From: Candidatus Woesebacteria bacterium
GTDB taxonomy: Bacteria > Patescibacteriota > Microgenomatia > UBA1400 > UBA12028
Assembly (NCBI GenBank): GCA_040006915.1
Contig: JBDTWD010000005.1
Span: 23,394-87,393 of the forward strand
Reading direction: 5' to 3'
DNA: 64,000 nt
Below are positions 38,086 to 48,698 of the stretch, piece after piece. A program made the position numbers and the translations under genes. The number at the start of each line of letters is the position of its first letter. Positions within the stretch are counted from its first letter, which is position 1. The notes beneath the pieces were generated by a model. That model ran no database searches and was not told where the DNA came from. It was given only the letters and a program-made list of their open reading frames with translations.

Positions 38086-38790
38086 CTAATGAATCTGGGT
38101 TCCAACTATATATGCAACAAAAGCGGCAGCCCCACCCAGTACCAGTGTTTCTAATAAAGATCTTCCCAATGGATGCCGCGTCACTCGCCATCGAAGTAAG
38201 CCTAAAATCAGCAGGGCGAGACCGGTACAAAGAAATGAAAAAAGGAACACTTTTTCATGGGTTCGAAAGAAGACATACGGCAAAAGCGGAATGACACCAA
38301 ATATGATGAACGCAAGAAAGGTTACTAAGGCCATAGAAAACACATTCTGCTTTTCGGGATTTGGAATCTGCAACTCGTGATCCATCATGAAATCCAACCA
38401 GTAACTTTCATTGCTTTTGTATAGTGTGGTGAGAGTCTTCGCTTGTTCCTGACTAAAGCCTTCGTTGATTAGAATGGAAAGGGTTTTTGCTTCCTGATCA
38501 GCTTCCTGTTTTTTCAGCAATAATAGCTTCACCTTCTTTTCTCGAGCGTAGACATCTTGCTCTGACCGACTGGAGAGAAAGTTCCCCAGGGCCATAGACA
38601 CCCCATCCGAAAACAAGTTGGCAAACCCAAATAACAGCACTGTTAACAGCGGAATGGTCGTCATGTTTTGCGCTTGCGCCCCAACGAATCCGGCGACAAC
38701 AGCAAAAGTGGTCACTGTTCCATCATTTCCGCCGTAGATAATTTCTTTCAGGTATCTTGAGAGTAGAGACGTTTTTGCCATAGAGTTCAT
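38086..38790 (-). CDS. VIT1/CCC1-family iron/manganese transporter
   Basis: GGNDGTVTTFAVVAG signature, 5 TM helices, cytoplasmic acidic helical loop. Confidence 0.8.
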   Translation of the reverse strand: MNSMAKTSLLSRYLKEIIYGGNDGTVTTFAVVAGFVGAQAQNMTTIPLLTVLLFGFANLFSDGVSMALGNFLSSRSEQDVYAREKKVKLLLLKKQEADQEAKTLSILINEGFSQEQAKTLTTLYKSNESYWLDFMMDHELQIPNPEKQNVFSMALVTFLAFIIFGVIPLLPYVFFRTHEKVFLFSFLCTGLALLILGLLRWRVTRHPLGRSLLETLVLGGAAAFVAYIVGTQIH

Positions 38791-38816
38791 TCTACGCTAC
38801 ACTGATACAAAGCCCT

Positions 38817-39452
38817 ATGCAAAACCCAGTCTTTTCCTTTGTTGTATCAGTTCTTACCATCGCAGTTATCATTAATCTGGTTTTTTTAAATTACGCGGTT
38901 TTTCATCGGCTTCCACAAAAAAGTTTCGCTACACCTCTTCCGATAAGCCAAATTGATTCATGTGGAGAAACGTGCAGACAACAGATCCAGGTTGCACTTG
39001 CAAACACAGATGCCAAGATCGCTACTCTCACTACAAAAGTACAGAATTCCATAAAGCCACAATCACCGGTAGCCTCGACTCCTGTTCCCGGAGTCAAAGA
39101 GTTTTTTATACCAATGGGAAGTGGAAGTACGCAAAAAAGTGATTGGGAAGATGTTGCGGGAACTGACGTGTATATCGATACAAAAAACTTTCCTGGCATA
39201 AAACAGTCGTACTTCGAAGTTAGTATGCACATCCCCACGAAAAACGGGACGATGTATGCAAGACTCTATAACGTCACAGACAAACATCCTATTTGGAATT
39301 CTGATGTTCTCACTGACCTCGATACTAGTACGTTTACTACTTCTAAAATCACTTTAGATCCAGGGAACAAACAATATCGAGTTCAAATGAAAACTACCTT
39401 ACAATATCCATCTATCTTAGATAGTGCACGTGTAAAAATCCTCATACAATAA
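38817..39452 (+). CDS. Hypothetical membrane-anchored extracytoplasmic protein
   Basis: 211 aa, single N-terminal TM helix, beta-rich remainder. Ends 3 nt before the GSDH gene. Confidence 0.4.
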   Translation: MQNPVFSFVVSVLTIAVIINLVFLNYAVFHRLPQKSFATPLPISQIDSCGETCRQQIQVALANTDAKIATLTTKVQNSIKPQSPVASTPVPGVKEFFIPMGSGSTQKSDWEDVAGTDVYIDTKNFPGIKQSYFEVSMHIPTKNGTMYARLYNVTDKHPIWNSDVLTDLDTSTFTTSKITLDPGNKQYRVQMKTTLQYPSILDSARVKILIQ

Positions 39453-39455
39453 GTT

Positions 39456-40667
39456 ATGAAAAAAATATTTCCGATCATCATCATCGCTACACTCCTCGTT
39501 GGTGGCGTTGTGATTGGCAAATACACGGGTGTAATTTCTCCAGCTCAAACACATCTTGAAACTTCACCTACTACCCCGGAAGGAATACCAACTGAAGGCC
39601 TTCTCGATCCATCTGGACAGACCCCAGCTCTGACAAATGCTCCGTGGAAAATAGAAGTCGTTGCGACCAACTTATTTGTCCCTTGGAGTATTGTTTTTAC
39701 TTCCCCTACCCGCATGTTGGTGAGTGAGAGAAATGGGAACGTCCAAGTTATTGAAAATGGAAAAAAACAGGAGCAGCCAATTCACACTTTTTCGCAAGTA
39801 AAAACAGAGCAAGAAGAAGGGCTAATGGGAATGACCGCTGACCCTGATTACACCAACAATAGATATCTATATGTTGTGTATGCATACCCGAATGGAAAAG
39901 CGTATACCGACACAGTGGTTCGATTTACTGATAAAGGCGATCATTTTGATGAAGAAAAAACTCTCCTCGATGGTATTCCCGCAGCCAAAGTCCATGCTGG
40001 AAGTCGGATTAAATTTGGACCAGACAAAAAACTGTACATTACAACTGGTGATGCAACCAACAAAGCACTTCCACAAGATATACATGCTTTGGGTGGAAAA
40101 ATTCTACGCATAAACAATGATGGAACTATTCCCTCTGACAATCCTTTCCCTGGCTCACCAGTTTGGACATACGGACATCGCAACCCCCAAGGATTAGCAT
40201 GGAATCCAATTTCTGGAACTCTGATTGAAACGGAACATGGGCCGAGTGGTTTTGATGGTCCTCTGGGGGGAGATGAAGTGAACGTAATCGAAAAGGGCAG
40301 TAACTATGGTTGGCCAGTGGTATCACACAAAGAACATAAAGACGGAATGGTTGATCCACTGTTAGTCTTCACTCCAGCTGTAGCTCCTGCTGCAGGACTC
40401 TTTTATACCGGAAACGTTTTCCCACAATGGAAAAATCATTTCTTTTTTGCGATGTTAAAAGGTGAAGGAATTATGCACGTTGTTTTTGATAGTAATGATC
40501 CTAAAAAAATTCTGCAGTTTGAAAAAGTTTCCAATATTAACGTTGGAAGAATCCGTGAGCTCGCCCAAGGACCGGATGGAAACATCTATTTTTCTACGAG
40601 TAATGAAGATGGTCGTGGTAACGCCAAAAACGGTGACGATAAAATCTATCGGATCGTAAAGCAATAG
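39456..40667 (+). CDS. PQQ-dependent sugar dehydrogenase family (soluble glucose/sorbosone dehydrogenase-like beta-propeller), membrane-anchored
   Basis: N-terminal TM anchor, then GSDH motifs (GLxxxPDY, RINxDGTIPxDNPF, EHGPSGFDG...NYGWP). Confidence 0.75.
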   Translation: MKKIFPIIIIATLLVGGVVIGKYTGVISPAQTHLETSPTTPEGIPTEGLLDPSGQTPALTNAPWKIEVVATNLFVPWSIVFTSPTRMLVSERNGNVQVIENGKKQEQPIHTFSQVKTEQEEGLMGMTADPDYTNNRYLYVVYAYPNGKAYTDTVVRFTDKGDHFDEEKTLLDGIPAAKVHAGSRIKFGPDKKLYITTGDATNKALPQDIHALGGKILRINNDGTIPSDNPFPGSPVWTYGHRNPQGLAWNPISGTLIETEHGPSGFDGPLGGDEVNVIEKGSNYGWPVVSHKEHKDGMVDPLLVFTPAVAPAAGLFYTGNVFPQWKNHFFFAMLKGEGIMHVVFDSNDPKKILQFEKVSNINVGRIRELAQGPDGNIYFSTSNEDGRGNAKNGDDKIYRIVKQ

Positions 40668-42032
40668 TTATTGTCCGAGTAGTTTTTCCATTCTTGTCTC
40701 TATTGCGTAGGCTCGCTTCTTATTCTTTCCAAAGATGATGTATCCAAACACATTGCGATGTAATGGATTTGCCGCAACAATAACTACGCCTTCTGTACTA
40801 TCTTTATTGTAGAGGACAGGTGTGAGCGTTTCATACAAAGTTGTGAACGTAAATTCTTTCGAAGATGCGATCGTATAGGAATTATTCGATAATGCGTATG
40901 TTTCCTTCATCCATTCTGATCCAAACATGGCAAGAGCGGTATGATAGACATGGGTACCACCAGTACGTCTAACATTTGATTCTGAAATATATACTTTCCC
41001 TGACTTTGAGGCTAAACAATCAACATCGTAATATCCTGCATATCCGTACAAAGCTAGTCCTTCTCCGATTGCATATCCTGCTGTGATAATCTGTTTTGCA
41101 ACAGATTTTGACAGACTCGATTCTCCTATTTCCACGCCCTTAAATGTTCCCTCTTTTGTCACTCGCATTCCACAGAAATATAAGAATTCCACTGTACCGT
41201 TTTTGTGCACCAAAAATTCACTATTCGGAAAACCTCCTCCAATTCTTGGGTCACATTCCACAAATTGTTCAATCAAGATAGGAAATTTTTCCCAATAAGA
41301 ATCTGCCAATCTCTGTTTTATTTCTCTCACATGATCATTTGATTTCAGTTCTCCTGATCTCATCAGTACTACACCAGCTCCAGCATGTCCCTTATTCGTT
41401 TTTATGACCGCAGCTCCCTCTTTGTCATACAAATCAGAAGCTATATGTGCTGCCAGATCTACACCGAAGGTAGAGTAGCCTTCTACAGTTCTAAAGTTGG
41501 GAGTTCCGGCATGGTCAGCTAATTGACGGATTCCAGTTTTGCTTCCAAAAAAATCAACCGACCAAGCATCCTTTTTTTTAGGAGATTCTGGAGTTTGAAT
41601 GGAAGTATGGAATTTTTGCAAACTCTCGAGAAGAACGTAAAACTCAGCACTTGCTGAGTAGCTTGTTAATTGCACATGCTCGTACTGCTTCATCTTCTGA
41701 ACCAAGACTTCAAAAGATTCATTGTCAGCAGCAATATCCAGCGAAATTTCTCCACTATGTTGTGATGGAACGATGACATTGAAATTCTTTTTGGAAAATA
41801 GTTTTTGAAAATATGAAAAGAAATCAGTATTCAGTTGTTTCGGGAGGATGAGAACAACGTCATCATGTTTGGCGAAAGAAAAAATATCTCTGTCTGAAAG
41901 CTCCGCATTTTCATCAATTTCAAATTGTCGGGCTTTTTTATCTGAAATAGTTTGAATGAAATCCCAGACATCTTCGGAAACATTTGACACATGGATATGA
42001 AGCGTGGTTGACTGTTTGAACATAGATCTCAA
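40668..42032 (-). CDS. ATP-grasp domain protein with an N-terminal domain I do not recognise
   Basis: 454 aa. C-terminal half has ATP-grasp features (KTNKGHAGAGVVL, ISESNVRRTGG resembling the E-x-N-x-R catalytic loop). Confidence 0.45.
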   Translation of the reverse strand: MRSMFKQSTTLHIHVSNVSEDVWDFIQTISDKKARQFEIDENAELSDRDIFSFAKHDDVVLILPKQLNTDFFSYFQKLFSKKNFNVIVPSQHSGEISLDIAADNESFEVLVQKMKQYEHVQLTSYSASAEFYVLLESLQKFHTSIQTPESPKKKDAWSVDFFGSKTGIRQLADHAGTPNFRTVEGYSTFGVDLAAHIASDLYDKEGAAVIKTNKGHAGAGVVLMRSGELKSNDHVREIKQRLADSYWEKFPILIEQFVECDPRIGGGFPNSEFLVHKNGTVEFLYFCGMRVTKEGTFKGVEIGESSLSKSVAKQIITAGYAIGEGLALYGYAGYYDVDCLASKSGKVYISESNVRRTGGTHVYHTALAMFGSEWMKETYALSNNSYTIASSKEFTFTTLYETLTPVLYNKDSTEGVVIVAANPLHRNVFGYIIFGKNKKRAYAIETRMEKLLGQ

Positions 42033-42067
42033 CTATAACCTATTCTATTTTCTCGTCAAACACTCCT

Positions 42068-42643
42068 ATGATTGGACGCACACATGACCTTGCCGCGCTA
42101 ACGGCTTTAAATATTGCTTTTCTTATCTTGCCTCTGATGCAAATGTCACTGGCAACTGCAGCCACAGCTTTTTTTGCAAATTTTATCGGTGGGTTATTCC
42201 CTGACATCGATCAACCAACCTCTGATCTTTGGGATAACTTTCGTGGAGGAGAACTGATCTCAAAGTATGTATGTAAACTGCTTGGAGGACATCGAAACTT
42301 TTCCCATTCAATTGTCGGAGTCATAGCCATCGGAGCAGTTTCTGCATTTACGCTGCAGAAACTGTCTACAATCGTTTTAATCGATATGCAAATTGTCTGG
42401 CTTTGTTTTATGATTGGCGTCCTAAGTCACATTCTGGCGGACATGCCAACCAAGGAAGGAGTTCCTCTCTTCTGGCCGATCATGTTTAAGGTGGGAATCC
42501 CTCCCTTTCGATTTATGCGGATTCGAAGTGGATTTTTCGTTGAAAAATTAATTGTTTTTCCCGGATTACTTGCTCTCAATGCGTATTTAATCTATGCCAA
42601 TTATGGTAAATACATAGATCTTGTCCACTCGCTTCGAAAATAA
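42068..42643 (+). CDS. Membrane-bound metal-dependent hydrolase (YdjM/DUF457 family)
   Basis: HRNFSHS...HILADMPTKEGVPLFWP motifs, 4 TM helices. This family is LexA-regulated in E. coli. Confidence 0.65.
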   Translation: MIGRTHDLAALTALNIAFLILPLMQMSLATAATAFFANFIGGLFPDIDQPTSDLWDNFRGGELISKYVCKLLGGHRNFSHSIVGVIAIGAVSAFTLQKLSTIVLIDMQIVWLCFMIGVLSHILADMPTKEGVPLFWPIMFKVGIPPFRFMRIRSGFFVEKLIVFPGLLALNAYLIYANYGKYIDLVHSLRK

Positions 42644-42701
42644 ATAAAGGTAAACTTGACTCTCCTAGATCAACCCTCTACAACAGTAGTTTAAGCCTTT
42701 T

Positions 42702-45302
42702 ATGTCACAAGAGTTTTCGACCCCCATGATGAAACAGTATCTTGGTATTAAGCAAAAATATCCAGACTGCTTGCTCTTCTATCGCATGGGAGATTTTTAC
42801 GAACTATTTTTAGATGATGCCCTTGTGGGAGCGAAAATCTTAGGAATTACCCTAACCAGTAGAAGTAAGGGAAAAGATGGTCGTATTCCAATGGCAGGTG
42901 TTCCATATCATGCGGTTGACTCGTATCTTACCAAGCTTGTAAAAGCTGGATATAAAGTAGCTATCTGTGAACAACTATCTCCACCAAATAAAAAAGGCTT
43001 GGTCGATCGCGATGTGGTACGAATCATCACTCCTGGAACCATCATGGACGAGAAAGCTCTGGAGACGAAGGAAAACAACTATATCGTCTCTATCACAAAA
43101 AAGGATTCAAAAATTGGCATCGCTTTTGCAGATATCTCAACAGGAGAGTTTGTCGTCGATCAACAGGATGTTCCCGATCCTCTCCTTGTGCTTCATCAAC
43201 TCATAGAGCACTACCGGCCAGTCGAGTGTTTACTTTCCTCTTCCCTCTATGAAGACAGTGAATTTATAAAAGAACTTCGTAAACATCCAACAATGCATAT
43301 TACGCACATTAGTAGTTGGATGTCACAAGTGCGACAAGCGCATAAAACACTGACATCTCACTTTGGATTACATACGTTAGAGAGTTTTGAAATTCATTCT
43401 CTTCTGTTTGCACAGGAAGCAGCAGCCGTTCTTTTAACCTATCTCTCAGACACACAAAAAGGAAATATTTCTCATATCAGACGTATTACTCGTATCTCTC
43501 ATGGAGATCATGTCATTTTAGACCGAGCAACTCAAATAAACCTTGAACTCTTTTCAACGATCAGAGAACACGATCAACGTGGAAGTGTTCTCTCCATTCT
43601 TGACCGCACCGATACTGCCATGGGAGGTCGCATGCTGAAGCGCTGGATGATGGAACCGCTCTGCGATCACGATGCAATTTGTGAACGGCTCGATAGTGTA
43701 GAGGAACTTTTGCTGCATCAAAAGAATAAGAAACTTATTAATTCTCACCTAGAACGGATCCATGACGTCGAACGAATGCTGTCACGACTTTCGGTAGGAA
43801 TCGGAAATGCCAGAGATTTAGTAAATCTCATGAACGCGTTACAAGAGATATCAGAAATTGCTCTCATTAGCGATACGTGTACATCAAGTCTTTTAAAAAA
43901 CTTATTTCCCATCGAAACAAGAGAGCATGTTCAATCAGTCATCAGTGAAATTCGAACATCTATCCTCCCAGAACCAAAGATCACTTTAAAAGAAGGTGGC
44001 ATTATTTGTGATGGTGTACACCCACGACTTGATACGCTTCGAGAACTTTTATCCACGGGTGAAGAATGGCTTAAGAAATTTGAAACCGCGCAACGAGAAC
44101 AAACCAACATTAATTCCTTAAAAGTTCGATTTAATAGTGTCTTTGGATATTACATCGAAATTACAAATGCCAATATCCATCGAGCACCATCGGGGTACAT
44201 CCGAAAACAAACATTGATAAATGGAGAACGATTTATTACTGCAGAGTTAAAAGCCCACGAAGAGAAAATTTTAACCGCACAAGAAGAAATCTATCGTATT
44301 GAATATGATCTCTATCAGCAAACATTAGAAAAAGTGCTTTCAGAAACAAGTCATATGCAGTCTGTAGCGCAAACAATTGGGGTTCTTGATTGTTTGTGTT
44401 CATTTGCCACTAATGCCACAGAATATTCGTATTGCAAACCAAAGATTTTATTTTCTAATGAACTTCGAATTCAAGATGGTCGTCACCCTGTCGTTGAAAA
44501 GCTCTTGACTGACACTCCATTCGTTCCTAATTCCGTAACTCTTGATCCGATCAAGCAACAACTGCTGATTATTACTGGACCGAATATGGCTGGAAAATCT
44601 GTATTTGTTCGGCAAGTTGCATTACTTGTATTGCTTGCACATATCGGCTCATTTGTTCCTGCCAGAAGTGCTCATATCGGAGTTGTTGATAGAATATTTG
44701 TGCGCAGCGGCGCTTCAGACATGATCACTTCCGGACTTTCGACCTTTATGGTGGAAATGGTAGAAACAGCTGCAATTTTACATAATGCTACCGAAAAAAG
44801 CTTGGTGATTATGGATGAGATTGGTCGAGGAACCAGTACCTATGATGGAATCAGTATCGCCTGGGCGGTAGCGTCGTATTTAGCGATAAATGAAGCATCA
44901 CATGCAAAAACACTTTTTGCAACGCATTATCATGAACTGCAAGAATTAGCAGAGCTTTTCCCTACCCGTATTCAAAACTATCACATGGAAGTCATTGAAG
45001 AAAAAGACGGACCTCGTTTCGTACATACGTTACTCCAAGGAAAATCGACCAGTAGCTTTGGTATTGCTGTCGCCAAACGTGCAGGCGTTCCTGAAAAAGT
45101 CATTGAAATAGCAACCCAGAAGCTTCAAGAATTGGAGAAAGATCGAGATTATTCGGCGGATGAGAAAACACATCAGCTTAAGCAAGATGATCCAAAACTG
45201 AACGCTTTAAAAACTGAGCTTCTGTCTTTGCATCTCTCTACGATGACGCCTTTACAGGCACTCAACACACTCGCGGCTTTACAAGAACGGATGAAACAGT
45301 AA
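42702..45302 (+). CDS. mutS: DNA mismatch repair protein MutS
   Basis: TPMMKQYLxIKxxYPDxLLFYRMGDFYELF N-terminus, Walker A GPNMAGKS, 866 aa. Confidence 0.95.
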   Translation: MSQEFSTPMMKQYLGIKQKYPDCLLFYRMGDFYELFLDDALVGAKILGITLTSRSKGKDGRIPMAGVPYHAVDSYLTKLVKAGYKVAICEQLSPPNKKGLVDRDVVRIITPGTIMDEKALETKENNYIVSITKKDSKIGIAFADISTGEFVVDQQDVPDPLLVLHQLIEHYRPVECLLSSSLYEDSEFIKELRKHPTMHITHISSWMSQVRQAHKTLTSHFGLHTLESFEIHSLLFAQEAAAVLLTYLSDTQKGNISHIRRITRISHGDHVILDRATQINLELFSTIREHDQRGSVLSILDRTDTAMGGRMLKRWMMEPLCDHDAICERLDSVEELLLHQKNKKLINSHLERIHDVERMLSRLSVGIGNARDLVNLMNALQEISEIALISDTCTSSLLKNLFPIETREHVQSVISEIRTSILPEPKITLKEGGIICDGVHPRLDTLRELLSTGEEWLKKFETAQREQTNINSLKVRFNSVFGYYIEITNANIHRAPSGYIRKQTLINGERFITAELKAHEEKILTAQEEIYRIEYDLYQQTLEKVLSETSHMQSVAQTIGVLDCLCSFATNATEYSYCKPKILFSNELRIQDGRHPVVEKLLTDTPFVPNSVTLDPIKQQLLIITGPNMAGKSVFVRQVALLVLLAHIGSFVPARSAHIGVVDRIFVRSGASDMITSGLSTFMVEMVETAAILHNATEKSLVIMDEIGRGTSTYDGISIAWAVASYLAINEASHAKTLFATHYHELQELAELFPTRIQNYHMEVIEEKDGPRFVHTLLQGKSTSSFGIAVAKRAGVPEKVIEIATQKLQELEKDRDYSADEKTHQLKQDDPKLNALKTELLSLHLSTMTPLQALNTLAALQERMKQ

Positions 45303-45305
45303 TGT

Positions 45306-46988
45306 ATGTCAATTATTCATGAATTATCACCTGAGGTGGTGTCTCTTATTGCTGCAGGTGAGATTATCGAGCGGCCAGCCTTCGCTCTTAAAGAGCTGAT
45401 TGAGAATGCTATCGATGCGAATGCGGGTCAAATTAGTATTTCGTTAACCCACAATGGCTTAACGCAAATGATTGTCGAAGATGATGGAAAGGGAATGGAT
45501 TCACAAGATGTACTATTGAGTTGGAAATTGCATACTACCAGCAAACTTCATACTCCAGATGAATTACATTCAATTCACACACAAGGATTTCGTGGCGAAG
45601 CCCTAGCTAGTATCGCAGCAACGGGAACACTCACAATCCAAAGTAGACAAAAAAACTCCCAACTGGGGTACGAAATAGTTATTCGGAAACAAAAGCGTGT
45701 CAAAGAAGGAAAAATTGGAATGCCGGTCGGTACTCGAATGATTGTCGAAAATTTATTTGAATCACTACCAGCAAGACAGAAATTTTTACAAAGCCCCCAA
45801 ACTGAACTCCGTCACTGTATTGAAGTCGTTACAACCTATGCTATCTCTCATCCTGGGATTCGGTTTATTTTAAAACATAATGGACATATCCTGATACAAG
45901 TCTCCACTACTACCGATCCTCTTGAACGACTGACTGCCCTGTTTGACCAGGATCTGGTTGACTCTTTATTACCAGTGAACTATCAAGAATCGTATGTAAC
46001 TCTTCAGGGATTTATCTCCCATCCATCAAAAGCCACTTCATCCTCATCAAAGCAATTTATTTTTTTAAATCATAGACCAATTAAGGATTCCCTTATTTCC
46101 GGAAGCATAAAAGAGGCGATGAGAGAGCTGCTTCCCCAGAATAAAAATTCAGTTTTCTTTTTAAATTTTACGATTCCCAATGAATTGATTGATGTAAATG
46201 TTCATCCTCGCAAAGAAATAGTTCGATTCGCTTCTCCTACCACAGTCTATTCAGCCGTACAGAGTGCCATTCAGGAGATGCTCCTGTCAAATTCACTTAC
46301 CTTTCAATCAACGTTGCAAAACAACCAAACAACCGCAAAAATTACCGATTCTCTTGCTGGGGCTTTTCTAAAGGAAATCAAAAAAAACGGTGAGATAGAA
46401 CTCTTCAAGAAAATCGTATGCACCCAAATTCATAACACCTATATTGTCTTTGAAACGAAAACTGGGTTCATGTTTGTTGATCAACATGCAGCACAAGAGA
46501 GAACTCTCTATGAACAATTAAAAATAAAATTCCAAGCTGAACAGAAGAAAAACAAAACGGTGCAGATTCGGGCAGCGCTCTCTCTTTCCAAAGCAGAGAT
46601 TCTTCTGGTTGATGAATATGAAGCGGTATTTAAAACTTTTGGCTTTACGTTTGAAAAGAAGAAGAATAAAAATAAAGAGAAAATGTATCTTATCTCTGTA
46701 CCAGCTCTTTTCTCTGATCGTGATCCAATTCCCATCTTTGAAGAAATACTCTCTGACGTTGAAAATGGAATTGCCATTCGAACGACAGATACACTCACCC
46801 ATCAAATGCTTACCTACATTGCTTGTCATCAAAGCGTTAAAGCAGGAGATGTGCTTACCCAAAAGCAGATGCAAGGAATTGTACACGAATTACAAAAAGT
46901 GCCAAACAAGTTCACATGCCCACATGGACGACCAACGATGATTGAGATTCCCCTGCACGATCTCCACAAACGTTTCCAGCGAATTTAA
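45306..46988 (+). CDS. mutL: DNA mismatch repair protein MutL
   Basis: GHKL ATPase motifs (ELIENAIDA, DDGKGM), C-terminal dimerisation domain with endonuclease-type motifs. 560 aa. Confidence 0.9.
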   Translation: MSIIHELSPEVVSLIAAGEIIERPAFALKELIENAIDANAGQISISLTHNGLTQMIVEDDGKGMDSQDVLLSWKLHTTSKLHTPDELHSIHTQGFRGEALASIAATGTLTIQSRQKNSQLGYEIVIRKQKRVKEGKIGMPVGTRMIVENLFESLPARQKFLQSPQTELRHCIEVVTTYAISHPGIRFILKHNGHILIQVSTTTDPLERLTALFDQDLVDSLLPVNYQESYVTLQGFISHPSKATSSSSKQFIFLNHRPIKDSLISGSIKEAMRELLPQNKNSVFFLNFTIPNELIDVNVHPRKEIVRFASPTTVYSAVQSAIQEMLLSNSLTFQSTLQNNQTTAKITDSLAGAFLKEIKKNGEIELFKKIVCTQIHNTYIVFETKTGFMFVDQHAAQERTLYEQLKIKFQAEQKKNKTVQIRAALSLSKAEILLVDEYEAVFKTFGFTFEKKKNKNKEKMYLISVPALFSDRDPIPIFEEILSDVENGIAIRTTDTLTHQMLTYIACHQSVKAGDVLTQKQMQGIVHELQKVPNKFTCPHGRPTMIEIPLHDLHKRFQRI

Positions 46989-47036
46989 TTACGCACCAAT
47001 GTTGCAAAATTAAAGCAAATAAGAGACAATGGAACT

Positions 47037-47948
47037 ATGAAACAGAAAATGGTCGTCGTCTTGGGTATTCTCGTGGGTGCAGTCGGCTTCTTTTTATTTG
47101 CACAGAATCAACCGAAAACCGAACAATCTCAAGAGATTTCTGTAGTCGTCTCTTTTTATCCGTTGGCAGAATTCTCCAAGGAAATCGGTGGGAATCTGAT
47201 TTCTGTCACAACTCTTACTCCGCCTGGAAGTGAACCCCATGACTTCGAACCAAACGCCAAAGATCTCATTGCTCTGCAAAAGGCAAAACTGTTTGTGTAT
47301 AACGGCGCAGGCTTGGAAATTTGGCTCGACAAGATCGGAGCAGATGTTAAAGCTCACACCAGCCTCATAAATAGCAGTCAAGGAATTTCACTCCATACAG
47401 GAAATACAGAAGGGCAAGAAATGACCGATCCCCATATTTGGATGGATCCGGTTCTAGCCAGCACGCAAGTTGAGAATATTAAAAATGGTTTGATTCAAGT
47501 TGATCCCACACATACCACTGTGTATGAGACGAATGCAAAAGCATATCAACAAGAACTTATGACTTTAGATCATGAGTTCTTCACAGGTTTATCAAACTGT
47601 GCACGGCACGAAATTGTCACTTCCCATAACGCCTTTGGATACTTGGCTCAAAGATACGGATTGACCGTCCAATCTGTATCTGGATTGTCTCCTGATGAAG
47701 AACCTTCCCCAAAAAAGCTCGCTGAAGTTGTACAATTTATACGGAAACAGAACGTCAAATATATTTTCTTTGAGACCTTATTGAGTCCAAAACTAGCTCA
47801 AACACTGGCAAGTGAAACTGGAACAAAGACAATCGTGTTTAACCCTTTAGAGGGATTGACCACTGACGAAATAGCACAAGGAAAAACGTATCTCTCTGTT
47901 CAAAGAGAAAATTTAGCCGCCCTAAAGACAGCGTTAGGATGCCAATGA
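47037..47948 (+). CDS. Metal (Zn/Mn) ABC transporter substrate-binding protein (TroA/ZnuA family)
   Basis: Signal/anchor sequence, cluster-9 SBP fold motifs (FYPLAEF, HDFEP, DPHIWMDP). Confidence 0.8.
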   Translation: MKQKMVVVLGILVGAVGFFLFAQNQPKTEQSQEISVVVSFYPLAEFSKEIGGNLISVTTLTPPGSEPHDFEPNAKDLIALQKAKLFVYNGAGLEIWLDKIGADVKAHTSLINSSQGISLHTGNTEGQEMTDPHIWMDPVLASTQVENIKNGLIQVDPTHTTVYETNAKAYQQELMTLDHEFFTGLSNCARHEIVTSHNAFGYLAQRYGLTVQSVSGLSPDEEPSPKKLAEVVQFIRKQNVKYIFFETLLSPKLAQTLASETGTKTIVFNPLEGLTTDEIAQGKTYLSVQRENLAALKTALGCQ

Positions 47949-48697
47949 CAGACACACCACTTATAAAAGTCGACAATCTTAGCTTCCGATATGGATCTGA
48001 AAACGTTCTAGAGAACGTGAGCTTTGATATCCACGCTGGAGAATTCGTGGGAATCATCGGGCCCAATGGAAGTGGCAAGACAACTCTTTTAAAACTTCTG
48101 CTTGGACTCTTGCCAACTCAGCAAGGAAGTATTCAAATTTTTGGAAAATCGGTTCAGATCGGAACCTACGGGAAATATGTCGGGTATATTCCACAGAAAG
48201 TAACCCAAAGTGAAACACGATTTCCAATCACCGTACGAGAAGTTGTCGCCCTTGGAAGAGTTCACCCAGATCGAATCTTGCAACCGTTAGGCACCAAAGA
48301 CAAAAAACTCATTTCTGAAGCAATTAGCGCAGTTGAGTTGTCAGATTTCTCCAATCGATTACTCAGTGAGCTTTCTGGAGGACAACAACAGCGAGTCTTT
48401 ATAGCCAAAGCGCTTGCCTCGGAACCAAAACTGCTCATTTTGGATGAACCAACGGTTGGGATCGACGTTCAATCACAAGAAACGTTTTATCGTCTGCTCT
48501 CCAGTCTTAATAAAGACAAAGGTTTGACGATCGTCATCGTTTCTCATGACGTCGATGTCGTCATGAACGAAGTTACAACTGTTCTCTGCTTGAATAAAAC
48601 GCTTATTTATCATGGCAATCCCAAAACTTTTTTGAAAGAAGAATATTTGGAACAGTTATACGGAAAAAATCGACGCTTTATTATTCACGGTCACTAA
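47939..48697 (+). CDS. Metal ABC transporter ATP-binding protein
   Basis: Walker A GPNGSGKTT, signature LSGGQQQR, Walker B LILDEP. Confidence 0.9.
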   Translation: MPMTDTPLIKVDNLSFRYGSENVLENVSFDIHAGEFVGIIGPNGSGKTTLLKLLLGLLPTQQGSIQIFGKSVQIGTYGKYVGYIPQKVTQSETRFPITVREVVALGRVHPDRILQPLGTKDKKLISEAISAVELSDFSNRLLSELSGGQQQRVFIAKALASEPKLLILDEPTVGIDVQSQETFYRLLSSLNKDKGLTIVIVSHDVDVVMNEVTTVLCLNKTLIYHGNPKTFLKEEYLEQLYGKNRRFIIHGH

Positions 48698-48698
48698 T

